From Owenia fusiformis (lineage: Eukaryota): DNA of 64,000 nt. The notes below the pieces were generated by a model. That model was not told the origin of the DNA. It worked only from the letters and a program-made list of their open reading frames with translations, and searched no databases. The stretch covers positions 12,710,001 to 12,774,000 of the forward strand of contig CAIIXF020000001.1 of assembly GCA_903813345.2 (NCBI GenBank). The letters are read 5' to 3'. Of the stretch, positions 1 to 13,190 are shown in pieces (the first letter of the stretch is position 1; each line of letters opens with the position of its first letter). A program made the translations under genes and the position numbers.

Positions 1-331
1 AGATATATCAGAATTTCTTCTAACAATTTGAATTTTCTGAGGCACAAATCAGGAAAACAATAACAAATAGTGATCTGCCCTACATTTCGTTCAATTTGAA
101 AAGAATATAGCCATACTTTGAAGAGATCAGAAAGTTATTGCGAAATTCAATATAAGGCGTCGGCCATTTTGAATTTTATAAGGCCCAAATTACAAAACCG
201 ATACAATATATCTACTTTCCTCTTGTCAAGGTTAGTGATATACCCAAATTGTCAGAAGTTTCTACTTGAAACTATAAACCCCTGTGTTCTTAAATATGAT
301 CAGTTCAGGGTTTACATGCATGATTACATAC

Positions 332-680
332 CACTGTACTCTTTCTTAGCCTTTGTGACCTTCCATCCGCTGAACCAAGAGGTATTGGCACTTTCTTCCA
401 ACATGTTATCTCCATGCCATCCAGAAATTGGGACGAATGGTACAGTATCTGGGTTGTAACCGATCTTCTTAACATAAGAGGACACTTCCTTTTGGATTTC
501 TTCAAAACGTGCCTTACTGTATGGTGGTTCAGTGTTGTCAATCTTGTTGACTCCAATGATCAGCTGTTTTACACCAAGGGTGTAAGCAAGCAGAGCGTGT
601 TCTCTGGTCTGACCATTTTTGGATATACCAGCTTCAAACTCACCAACACTGCTAGCACAGATCAATACAGCACAATCAGC
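332..680 (-). CDS. EEF1A: Elongation factor 1-alpha, coding exon 3 (gene continues beyond the left edge)
   Basis: Translates [48 protein letters not shown]...[18 protein letters not shown] acceptor at 682-681, GTATGT donor at 331, in phase with the upstream exon. Confidence 0.97.
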
Positions 681-834
681 CTGAAGACAAAAAAATGATA
701 TAATAAAAAGTCAACAATTCCCTTCACAAAGCTAGATCAATTTAAAATATAAAAATACCCTAAGTATCATGTAATAAAACATTCTTCGTTAATGAATCGT
801 CAGTCACTGCCTTATTGATATCACATATGAAAAA

Positions 835-1787
835 CAACAGCAACGCCAAAATGTAGCAAATCCCATCAAACAGACATGGCTGGCATTTTTACAAACAAGC
901 AACGCCAAAGTGTAGCAAATCCTATCGAACAGCCATGGCTGGCATTTTTACAAACAAAGTATGAAGCAAAAATGGCAGCCATTTTTCAAAATGGCCACTT
1001 TCTACCAAAAGTGTCATTAGACAGTGTGCCATGCTTTTAGTATTCACATACCAAATATGAAAAAATCGCTCAACTACTTTTCGAGTTATAGTAAAATACG
1101 TTTAAATGGGGCCATTTTGAAAAAAGGCAAACTTTCTACCAAAAGTGTCATTAGATAGTGTGTCATGCTTATAGTATTCACATACCAAATATGAACAAAA
1201 TCGCTCAACTACTTTTCAGTTATAGTAAAATACGTTCAAATGGCGGCCATTTTTCAAAATAGCAGCCCTCTACCAAAAGAGTCATTAGACAGTGGGCCAT
1301 GCTTTTCGAGTTGCAGCTAAAATCGTAAAATAGCACATAGAGGCCGCCATTTTTCAAGATGGCTGCCATGTGCTTTAATGTCTAATTTATTAATGTTCTA
1401 TAAAATTTGCCGCCTTCTACCAAACAAAAGAGTCATTAGTATGCCATGCTTATGGTATTCACATACCAAATATTAACAAAATCGCTCAACTACTTTTAGA
1501 GTTATAGAAAAATGCATTAAAATGGCTACCTTCTACCAAAAGTGGCATTAGACACTGGGCCATGCTTACTTTAATATAGTGTACCTGAATTACTGTAAAA
1601 TCGGCACTCAAATGGCCGCCATTTTGAAAATCGGCTTTAGGGCAGAACTTCTACCCCCATAGGATATGTGTACAAAATATCAACAAAATTGGGCCAACGG
1701 TATTTGAGGTATTGCACGGGCGGACAGATGTACCGACAGACAGAGGCCTTCCCTATATCCCTACAAACTTTGTCCGATGGGATAATT
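835..1787 (-). mobile_element. HINE (Helentron-associated)-like element with internal ~120-bp tandem repeats, in an EF1A intron
   Basis: Duplicated ~60-bp end, repeated TTCTACCAAAAGTGTCATTAGACAGT units, a GACA/GACG microsatellite at 1720-1744 and a terminal stem-loop. Confidence 0.55.
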
Positions 1788-1969
1788 AACATATTATTCT
1801 AAAGCTGTTTGAAAACCATCCCTTGTGATTAGATTAGTAGTGGTGTAAGTACTGGTCTTAATATCCCAGTTCAAAGTGCTTCTTGTGAATGCTTGTACTT
1901 GTATAAATGCACAGTGCAGAAAATCACTTGTGTGCTTTTAAAAAGCACCAAATGAACAGTAAAAAAGGT

Positions 1970-2650
1970 ATTAACATGACAAAATGTCACCACCTAGTTG
2001 CTAAAAAATTGAGTAACTGAGTAGGAAGGTGAGTAAGTAGATGATTGAGTAATTGAGTAAGTGACTCAGTTGGTAGCAAGGTAGGTACAAATTTTTGAAA
2101 ATATATTTGATGGATCTGCCTCATGGATAGAGGCAAATGCGAATTTCTAGTTGAGTAAGTAGCTAAGTAGGTAGGAATTTTTGAAAGCATATTTGATGGA
2201 TCTGCATTGTGGATACTTGCAAATGCGAATTTCAAAATGGCGTAGAATCTAAACAAAAAGTCTGTTTGAAATTTGGTTTGCAGATACGCTTTCTGAGAAA
2301 ATTCACAACTGATAAGTTAATTTTTTGACCCTCTCAAATACATCCTCCAATCACAGGGCTTCAAAATCCAGAATATATTCTTTCTTTTTACCCCCTGCGA
2401 TAAGAAGTTACCATTTCCCCGATGAAGAACTCGCAATATGATTGGGTGTTGTAACACTGCGACAGAAATCATGTATAAGCCATTGCAATTTCGAAGCAAA
2501 TCATTTCATTTAAGTGTAATCTGTTTTTTTCTAAGCTACATGTTCAAGAAAGAGATCAAGAAGTTGGGACAAATAACAATGAAGATAATTGACAGGACCT
2601 AGTTCTTGACCTTTGGCCTAGATTAAAATTTGAACTAATTTCCCAAACAG
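1970..2650. repeat. Dispersed repeat fragment with GAGTAAGTAGCT-type microsatellite
   Basis: Shares blocks (TTTGGTTTGCAGAT, AAGATAATTGACAG, GACCTAGTTCTTGACCTT) with 37171-38377, and its start with 31826. Confidence 0.65.
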
Positions 2651-3706
2651 TGACCATAACAATAGGTTATTGTTAAATTAAAAGAACAGCATCACTTCCT
2701 TAAAGGGGCAATGCATAATTTAGATGACAAGGGATCCAAAAATCACCAAAACATCTAACTTAAGTCGATTTTGCCAAAGAATGCTGAAATTATGAATAGA
2801 GTTCCTTTAAATGATGGTTAGTAATTGTTGAATGGTCTTTTATAGAAAGAGATGTGATGGTGTTCCCAAATCCAATTGATCTTTACTTTTACCAAGAAAT
2901 TGTACCAATTGTCCTACTTACCTCAAGAACAGCTTCAAATATTTAATTTTAAACAAGAATAGGTTTGCTTAAAATTGAAAAAGGGTAATTTGGGTTTGTT
3001 CTTGGTCAATGGATTATCTACAACCATAACAATATTTTTGCAAACATTTATGAATCATGTATTTTGAATTAATTGAAGACAAACACAATGATTAAATATA
3101 GTAGAATATAAGTTAAACTCAAGTAACTTATGAATTTTTTTTAAGTCATGACAAAAATGCAACAATCTTAGTTTCAATTTTCACACATGACGTTTACAGA
3201 GCAGTTATTGGAGAGGTTAAGTACATTGCACATTCAAATGCAAACTGTGAACCTGAACGCAAAAGTCACGCTCAAGTACACGTTAAGAAAATCTTCTGTT
3301 AAGCTAAACGTCTGAATTAGTGGTATTGCAATGATTTTGTTTGTTGCGTTTTTTTGAGACGCACTGTATAATATTGGGTTAACATTTTCAGTTATCGATA
3401 CACGGTTTCACAAATGCATTTCAATCAATTCCTTGAATATGTAATGAATAATATTGCAAGAATTTCTTTTTGTGAAGTTCAATCAATTAAAAATATTTAT
3501 TTGGCTATTGGAATGTGTGCGAATGTGTGAAACTAATGTTTATTTCTACTTTGGTTCAGCCTTAGTAGTAGTTTGCAACAACTTTTTGATTTAGCGCCAG
3601 GTTACCTCAAAAAGTACGCAAAAATAACAACATTTCAGAGGTTGTCTCATCTAAATAAATCGTTCTGTGTAGGAAAATATCACGAGCACATTGAGGTACA
3701 GATTCA

Positions 3707-3955
<249 letters not shown>

Positions 3956-4349
3956 TTAAAGATTTTTTCACACATTTATTAAAACACACAATAGACAGAA
4001 TTTCCAAGATGCATACAACCAAGGTATCTTCCAAAAATGATTTAGTTTGTATGTGTGCATTATGACAACAAAAAGCTTGCTACATTATAGTGCAAAATGA
4101 AGGTCTGTCATACCTATATATACAATCGAAGCACAACAGTGTAATACTGTCAAAAGAACATTTGCATTGTTAATACAAAATTTATATTTAAGATTGCTTG
4201 TGTTTCTTGTATTGTGTTACTTCACTTATTCTTAGATCTTTCTGGCAGAAACATCCGTGTTATCTCATGAATCACAAGAGGCCCCTAGTTCACAAAAAAC
4301 AAATTCATCCGAAATATTTTGAACCATGGTCTTACAATTCTTCTTATTA

Positions 4350-4538
<189 letters not shown>

Positions 4539-7525
4539 TTATGGTTATTGCTGGAAACAAAAATAATTGTTGCATTAATCATAAATTTGTATATTTGATG
4601 AAAGCCAAAGCAACAATGGACTATTCAAACACAGGAAATACTTAAAACAATAATGAAAATGTTGATTGCAGTATTTAGTGAAACTTTACTTACAAAGCAC
4701 AGATGTGACAAATAAACCTCGGCAATCAGGCTAATTTTACATCAATATATGGAATCTCACAATAAATGGAACACTTTGCAGAACTTAATTGGATTTGAAA
4801 GTAATCAGGATTATAAATATTTGTTGATTGCACTAAGGCCTAGTATGCCTGGCACCAAACAGGAAGAACACTAACAACTTTATTGAGGAATCTCAACTAA
4901 AACCATGCATAAAATACTTGAATACATAGCTAGACTAGTAACTTACAGTAAAATTTTAAATATTTGGAACTACTACACACTAATAAAAAACATTTATCAA
5001 GAACTTTTATACACTTCTAGGTTTAAAAATCTTAATTAAAAATCTTTTGACTAAATTGTCAAAGACAATGCCATTAACTTGCCCCAGTCCTCAAAGATTA
5101 CACCACCTAACATGCAATTAAGTTTTCTTCTTAAATTTAATGCTTATTTCAAAACTAACATGGCTGAAACTCCCTAAATTACAAAAGGCCACAGCTTTGC
5201 TGCAGATTATACATAACTATCCGAGATATACAAAAGTTAGGACTTGTAATAATGTTTCCATTTTTTCATATACTGTTGCAATATAGCCATTTCATTGCTT
5301 ATTTTCTAAATTCAAAGATTTTCAATCCTGAATCCGACTTGAACTGTTCCATGAGACAAAAAATGAAACCAGATGTGCTTTCCATTATCAAGTTTGTTAT
5401 AAAGACTTAAAATGTTATTTTCCAACTGAACCTAAATGTCCAACTTTAGTAACAGGCTGTAAATTTTAAGTTAACAATTTAGAAGATGTGAACTAATACA
5501 TTGATCACTTCATGCGTTTTGGAATTTTTGGTGAGGTAATAAGACCAAAACTCGCAATTCAAATTGTGATGTGGTTAAATGGTGAACATTTGATTTAAAA
5601 TTTTATGATTATGATATAACCTGTGTACAGCGACATAACTCTCATCCGGCATAGTAAAAAACATGCAGGGATTTATCTTTGGACGAAGACCACGATGTGA
5701 CAATGTAGTGGCCTAAGAAGAAGGTGAAGGCAGCTAGGCCAAGACATTTCCTAATTGATGATTCACAGCGACAACCATCAGCGTCAAAAAATAATCCAAC
5801 TCTCAGACGGGATGGAAAATAATAACCAAACGAAAAAGTCTGAACAGTGCTCGAAAAACTTACATCATAATTAGAAAGTTAAAACCATTTTTAAGAGAAT
5901 GCTGTTTGTATTACACCCGGAATCGTATTTATTTTCATCATTTATTTCATTATTATTAATTTTTTTAAAGCCCTTATTATAGTTTTTGCTTCAACTCAGT
6001 TAGTTTTATTTCGTCACCTTACAGAAAACTGTACTACTGTATTTTTTGACACTGGACGCCTGCTAATGCAATGGTTAGACGTGAGTGAAGTTGTCCCATA
6101 AGCTTGCAGATAGTTCCAACTTTCCAGAGTTTTCTATAGATCAAATGAACAAGTTGACAAATATATTATGGAGAATTTTTGGAAAAACCTAAATCAAGCT
6201 ATATGAACAACCTAGTGAGCTTCAAGTCCATGGTCCTTGAGTCAAAATAAGAAAATTGGATCAATCATTATTGCACCACAAGCCGGACATGGAAGGAGGT
6301 AGTTCAACAAGTTAAACCCAATACCACGGCTTTCATTTATTAATCTGAATGTTCTTGTTGCCGTGATTGGGTTTAACTTCCGTGGTATGCTTTCATTTGT
6401 TGCAAATTCTCACTATCAGTTATTAATTAAACGCGCATGAAATTACTTATTAATTGACAACAATATAAAAACACATAACATCAAGCGATTCAACACAATA
6501 TTATTGTATTAAATGGTCATTTATACAAGTAAAATGAGGTTAAACTTACCAATCTCTAAAATGACATTCCGCATGTCCGTCATTGTGTCTGTTCGTCCCG
6601 GGTTAAAATTTAAACTATTGAAACGAAATTGTTGTCAAATAGATTGATAATTATCACGCGATTACTCGGGATATAAAGATCAATTTTGAGGATAACAGGT
6701 ATCTTTGATTGATTTATGTAGCGCTTGTATACACGCAAATTAGTTATTAATTGCAAACCTACTGTTCGTTGATGCAGTGTCGCAATGACGGTCAATTCCT
6801 GAAACGATTTGCAATTTCGATGTTACCGGAACTGACCGACATTTTCGTAAAATTCAAAACCTGTCTCCAATATTTTCGTAATTATGCATCAATAGGGTCT
6901 AAGGGGGATACGGGATGGTGTGTATGTATTCATAAGGTATGTATGCATGCTTGAATCACATTCTTTATGTAATATTACCATGTTTTCAGTGTTAATTAGT
7001 TCCGCTGGTCGAAACCTGCGGAACGCGCAACAAGGGCAAAATGATCATGGAGGTTAGACCTAGCCGGGGCCATAAGACATGTCAGATAAGAAACGAGGCC
7101 CAGGCTAGGTCTAATGTTGTTGGACTAGGAAGGAGGCAGCCATGTTTTATTTTTTCATTTTTCAATGTAGACAAAAAAAACTACAATTCTCAACAAAGTA
7201 TATAAACAAAATTTACCCTTTGAGCAAAATTATGTAGCCACGTGTCTTAATCAAATAATGAACAAGTCAAAATAGCATTAACAATTACATTACTGTGAAT
7301 TTTAGGCAACCGGCTTTCACAAATATGTCAATGAATTTCAAAGATATCAAAATATCTGCCTAATTTTTGACCAACAAAATAACATATCCAGATGATTGTA
7401 TACCATAAATTACTTACCTATATATATTATTACTATCTTATTGAACAATTGTATTTGATAAATTGTCAAGATGATGAAAAACCATCGAGATATTCACAGA
7501 TTTTTACAGAAAAAATTTCACTTAC

Positions 7526-7560
7526 CAGTGCTAATGCCACGAGCGGAAAAAAGGAAAGAA
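7526..7560 (-). other. EEF1A: Probable non-coding first exon of EF1A with a 5'TOP/TCT-type pyrimidine tract
   Basis: Minus strand reads TTCTTTCCTTTTTTCCGCTCGTGGCATTAGCACTG|GTAAGTG. EF1A mRNAs are established TOP mRNAs with a short non-coding first exon. Confidence 0.75.
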
Positions 7561-7625
7561 CGTAGGACGTCACGTGACCTCTTAATACACGAATAGTCAG
7601 CAGAGGGGTATCAGTATTGACGTCA
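7561..7625 (-). promoter_or_regulatory. EF1A core/proximal promoter: TATA-like TATTAAG, GTCACGTGAC E-box palindrome, TGACGTCA CRE
   Basis: TATTAAG at 7587-7581 lies about 29 nt upstream of the TOP tract; GTCACGTGAC at 7569-7578; TGACGTCA at 7618-7625; locally CpG-rich. Confidence 0.6.
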
Positions 7626-8617
7626 TTTTGATTTCGCAATATCACGGGTCTAACCACGGACCCGAAGTCTTAGTCCGTGGTCTAACCAAGTATTTCTTAT
7701 CTACAGGGTGATCATTGAAGAGAAAAGCTTGAAAGTTTGAAAGCCTATGATCCATCATTCTGATACTCATAGTATCTCTCTCTGTTGCATCGCAGATGAT
7801 ATCCAGAAGGATAGAAATGGAGAGGGCGTGCCTTACCATGATGATGACCCATGGGCTTTCAAGAAAGGGGTATGCTACTCTGTGTTTTTACATAAGAAAT
7901 TCAAAATGAGCGGTGTCATGCTACCCTTTTTTGGTAATATTTCAAAAATATTTAGATTAATGTATATGTTTTTAGTCGTATCTTGAAGAAAAATCAATTT
8001 TGAAAATATGATTAAAACATGAAACATGGTTAATCTCATTTAAAAATATACAAAAAGACCAATAGGGAAAGGAGGATTTTATATTAAATTATCAACATGT
8101 ATGCAGATAATCATGTTTTTATTTTTGGGTTATTTCCTAAAATCATACATGAAAAGCACAAAACAAGATTTTCCTTGGAATGTGTACAGGAAACATTTTT
8201 TCTCCAATTTTGAAAACCTAAGACAATGTCATGAAATATGGGAAGTTGCCTACCCTTCTATTGAAACCCCATGTATGATCGAAACAAACAAATATTCTTG
8301 AAATTTAGTCATTTGGCAGACAATTTTATTATCAGAAAGTTCCACCAGGTATTCTATTTTATAGTTTTAGAGACTGAAAAGCTTGTTTAAGATCATTTTT
8401 TCAATCACCCCTACTACCACAGATCCGGAGCCAGATCCAGCCCCCATTGGGAGTAGGCTCAAAGAATAGTTTGGCTTTGAATCGAGATAAAAATGCCCTG
8501 GGTGTGTTACTCTTTGTTTACAATGAGGCACGGCGAAACACGAATAAAACAGTTTGACACCCGTGGATGATTGTGAAATTTTATGATATGCTCCCAATCC
8601 TGTAAAATTAACAAGGA

Positions 8618-8718
8618 ATGATCCCAGAGGCAGGAGAGGTAAACAACATGGAAGACAGAATTCCACCAAACCGTTTCGATTTTATCGGTGATATCCTTTT
8701 GATAGGTGAACAACTGAG
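8618..8718 (+). CDS. DEPTOR: DEPTOR-like, exon 1 (alternative in-frame ATG at 8648)
   Basis: MIPEAGEVNNMEDRIPPNRFDFIGDILLIGEQL(R); the GEQLR motif matches the start of DEP1 in vertebrate DEPTOR. GT donor at 8719, phase matches exon 2. Confidence 0.88.
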
Positions 8719-9079
8719 GTAATTGATAGAACAAGTGTGTAAGGAATATTTCAAAGTACACATGTGTCTGAATGTCAACATTCGATTCAGCACTCGTGGG
8801 TGATTTTACAAGAGCTGTAACACTGTCTAAGTAAATGCACATGTAAACTTACTCCGACGAGTCCTTGACCCAAGCCAATTCTCGTCGAAGGCATGAGGCG
8901 AATCCTGGAAACCCGGTGTGAAAGAAATTACGGTCCCCTCGGGATTATGGTCCCCTCTTTTAAAGGCCCTCAGACTAGAGTTGTATTTAGACCCGGTATT
9001 TAGATCACCATATAGCCTATATCAATGGAAAGTAAGACCATTAGGCCTATTTGATCCCTTATTTGATAGGACTTCCTAC

Positions 9080-9621
9080 CACGGATAGTGGGAAGTCCTC
9101 CATCTAGGAGGTATATACACCAGGTAATGCTACAAAAATTAAAAAAATATGGTCACCTGTCCTCTAGATTCAATTTTTGAATGAATCGTAGCATATTTTA
9201 CAGATTATTTGATATCATGCTATTCTTGAAACATTTATACGCAAAAATAACTGGGTCGCTCACCTCTTATGCCTATATGTGTTCAGTAATCATCAATTCT
9301 CGTGAGTAAAATTTCTCCAGGCCATTGAAAGTTCCGCTCAGTAAATTGACAATTTCTACTGCGCATGTGTGAAACACTGGACGAAATGGTTTGGTAAATT
9401 TCAAGCTATTTGATTGGTCGAAAAAATCACGCGCCTTTGCGTGATTTGCTTTTATTTTTCTGTTTAGTGTTTTCTACAGGCCCTTAGTGTCTCAGGATAT
9501 TTGTTTAACGAAAACTAGACAAATAATTTATTTTGAAAATACATATTTTTTATTTTGGATGGAAGCTGCGTTACCTGAGAAATAATATAAGTAATATATG
9601 ATGGACTTCCCACTATCCGTG
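9080..9621. mobile_element. Non-autonomous DNA transposon, 19-bp perfect TIR, 8-bp TSD (hAT- or P-like)
   Basis: CACGGATAGTGGGAAGTCC ... GGACTTCCCACTATCCGTG, with CTTCCTAC at 9072-9079 and 9622-9629. Confidence 0.88.
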
Positions 9622-9988
9622 CTTCCTACCCTTCACATGCTATCTATCGCAAGGATCCTGCCACAGGCCTGTCAACTTGGGAACACTTAGCATGAGTGAC
9701 TTGCAAATGTTGAACACCTTTGTTCAAATTTTGGACACCTTGGTCCAAATCTGAACACCTTGGCCACATTTTGGACACCTCAAATCTACCAACGGGGGGT
9801 ACAATGCTGTATTATATTGTAAGGCCTGCCATGACCGTGGAAGTGTTTTCGTGGAAGCCTGGCGTGTCCATAGCCTTTTAAGGCTTTATGTTTAATTTAT
9901 GACTTCTTTATTGTGGTTTATTAAACTGACTTTCAAATACTTCAGAGACAGAAATTTGGGATTTCAAGGAATACTCTTCAAGAAAATA

Positions 9989-11599
9989 CAGGGCCGTCAT
10001 TTTCATTGACTCATACACTTTGAAAGTACCCAGAAAGCACCAAATAGCATCTTAAAATTGTAAAATTTTCTAGGGCCACCCCTCATACCCCCCCCACAAA
10101 ACAATGGAAAAGTTCTAAATTTATTTAAGTGTTTTGTCTCAGACACTTTTAAAGTGCCCAGACATCATCAAATAGCTCATTGATATAGTTAGTGTTTCTG
10201 GGGGACTTGCTCCCCCTCTTGCATCTTGCACTTGCATAGACCCCCCCCCCCCCCGCCTATGGCGCCCCCTCCCCCCAAAAGAAAATTGTGATTTTCTCAT
10301 TAACTCATACACTTTAAAAGTGCCCAGAAAGCACCAAATAACGTTGTAAAATTGTAAAATTTTCTAGGGGGAGTGGGCCACCCCTCACAACCCAAAAAAA
10401 CAATGGAAAAGTTCTGAATTTGTTTTATGTACTGTCTCAGACACTTTTAAATTGCCCAGACATCATCATCATCCTTGATAAAGTTAATGATTCTGGAAGA
10501 CTAACACTTACTCGCCCTCTGGCATCCCCACTCCACCTCCCCCTCTGGCAGCCCCCCCCCCCCCTCTTAACACCCCCCCCAAAAAAAAAAAAATTCAAAT
10601 TCTTTTTATTGTCTTTATTGAATAAAGTGCCCAGAAAGCACCAAATAGCATCTTAAAATTGCAAAATTTTCTTGGGAAATATAGGCACTTTTAGGCACAG
10701 ACACTTTTAAAGTGCCCAAACTTCATTGAATAGCACCTTGATATTGTAAATTTTGATATGGGGGACAAACACTTGCTCCCCCTCTGGCACCCCAGCCCCA
10801 CCTCCCCCTCTGGCACCCCCCCCCCTTTGACACCCCCAAAATTTGAAAAAATTGTGATTGTTTTATTGACTAATACACTTTAAAAGTGCCCAGAAGCACC
10901 AAATATCATCTTTAAATTGTAAAATTTTCTAGGAGAGTTAGCCACCCCTCACATCCCCCACAAAACAAAAGAAAATATTCTGAATTTCATGTATTGTCTC
11001 AGACTTTTTTTAAGTGCCCAGACATCATCAAATAGCACCTTGATATGGTCAATGTTTCTGGGGGACAACCCCTTGCTCCCCTACTGGCACCACACCCCAC
11101 TTCACCCTCTCATCCACTTTGACACCCCCAAAAGAATTTGAAAAAAATACACATTTTTCTTATTGACACATAACGCACAGGCGTTGCAAATTGGTTGCAA
11201 ATTCGCTCCAAATACAACCAAATTTCAAAATTTTCTTGGGGGAGAACCCCCAGACCCCCTTGAATGCTCGGTTTTTTATTCACTCAACTCTTATTCCCAT
11301 GGTGGTGGCGTACTTCTTGGAAACTTACACTTTGAAAGTGCCCAGAAAGCACCAAATAGCATCTCAAAACTGTAAAATTTTCTGGGGGAGTGGACCACTC
11401 CTCACACCCCCACAAAACAATTGGAACTTTTGGAAGTTGCATTTGTTAATTCCAAACCAATATAGCGAGTAACTGACCCCCCCCCCCCCCCTCTGACTTA
11501 CGCGATTTGATTTACGCGGCAAAAAAATTGACAATTTTATATTCTCTTTAGTAAGCTAAAAACCGCACCCCCCTTGGAGAAAAGTGTCTTACGGGCCTG
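9989..11599. mobile_element. Non-autonomous CAGG-ended element with 5-bp TSD and internal ~300-bp tandem repeats
   Basis: CAGGGCCGT ... ACGGGCCTG flanked by AAATA/AAATA; GTGCCCAGAAAGCACCAAATA recurs five times. Confidence 0.75.
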
Positions 11600-11919
11600 A
11601 AATAGTCTTACCTTTCTGTTAGGATGGGTTCAGGTGCCACAAATAACTGATCCATGGATATATATCATTTTGAAAAGTGGAAGCAAGAAATATTTTGTGA
11701 GGCCATTTTTTTTACGAGTCATAACAGGAAATAGAATATCTAAATGAAGTCTGGATTTACATCATTAATCCTGATTTTGGCTTAGAATATTTACTTAAAT
11801 ATAATATTTTAATATTGTTAAAATGATTGTTAACTATTTTTTTAATCAATCTTATACAGCGATTCAACTGTTTTCTTAAATTCAAAATATAGGTTAAAAT
11901 TTTCACAGGTAAACAAGAT

Positions 11920-12006
11920 GTCTCTGTGGCCTAATGGATTAAGTGCATCAGCTTTTGATGGTTTGAATCCAGCTTTCGGTGGCTCGAATCCCCGGCTTTT
12001 TTTTTT
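11920..12006 (+). pseudogene. Degenerate tRNA-like sequence (tRNA-Arg-like 5' end, possibly a SINE head)
   Basis: GTCTCTGTGGCCTAATGG A-box, GGCTCGAATCCC B-box-like motif, followed by a T run; acceptor and anticodon stems do not close. Confidence 0.5.
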
Positions 12007-12680
12007 ATTTATCTCTCGGCCACAATTTTTTTAAAATCTCTTTTCACCTTGTCACGGCCATGTCAGGCATTGTAATATATTTCAACATCATCAATATTAT
12101 AAGTTATTTCATCGCCGGTTAAGTAAATAAAAATTCAAACGTAAAGAGGCTTTAACACATAGTTCAATGGGGGAGCTAAGGTTGCCAAACTTATGGAGGG
12201 GAGAGTACCTTCACCCTAAACAATGTAAATAGAACATCTGAAGAACATGCTTTGGACAAGCTTTAAAATGATATATGACACATACTATGAGGACACTGGA
12301 ATATGTCTACCTAAGGGGGCCCATACTTTCGGGACACCCTGTATGTGAATATACTATACCAAGTACCTCTAGCCGGATCTAAGAATGTAACCATACAATA
12401 GTCACTAAAGGTATTAGACTACCGCCACAGGGAAATAAATTTATAACGAGACAGTTTTCCATTTCTGTAGAGCACAGAATTTGCCTTTATCTAGATTTGC
12501 AAAATTCTATCAATTTCTGCCCTATTTCCCATGGAATGGACACATTTTCTTAGCCTTACCTCTGTAATTTTATGGTATCAGCAGTTTTATTTGTTATAGG
12601 AATTCACCAAAAAGGCCTCCCAAAATTTGTTGTTTTGTGATATAAGATCCATGTACTAAATGGTATTATTTTCTTTTTAG

Positions 12681-12859
12681 AATTCAAATGCACAAAGGTG
12701 GTCTGATATCTGACAGGCGTTACCATCTACGTACATACAATTGCTGTTTTATGGGAAGTGAGACAGTAGATTGGCTGGTTAATCGGGGCCATGCAACAGA
12801 CAGAAATACTGCAGTAATACTGATGAGACTTCTACAAGATAATTACATCCTCCATCATG
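12681..12859 (+). CDS. DEPTOR: DEPTOR-like, exon 2 (DEP domain 1)
   Basis: IQMHKGGLISDRRYHLRTYNCCFMGSETVDWLVNRGHATDRNTAVILMRLLQDNYILHH; AG/GT bounded. Confidence 0.93.
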
Positions 12860-13190
12860 GTATTATTTCTACCTTAGTTAAAACATGGGCTTTCAAGATG
12901 GTTATTACGACCCAGAAAACCTGGATTTTTCAAGTTTAGAAGTTTGAATATGGGTAGGAGGCTCCATAAATGCCAATGGGTAGATACTGCTACCAACCAG
13001 ATTAGAACTAAATTGGATAAGGAATAAAAAAAAAGTAATGTAGTAAAATAACTATATAGTTTGCATATGTTAAAATGCATGCTTTCAAACCTTTTTGGTC
13101 CCTCAAGCATCCCTTACCTACAATGGAAAAAATAAATATTGAATATCATTGTTACATATATTTATCATTTCGATTTTCTATGTTTTAACA

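Noticed and set aside
118-698. Plus-strand and alternate-frame ORFs over EF1A coding exon 3
   Set aside because: Shadow frames of the real exon.
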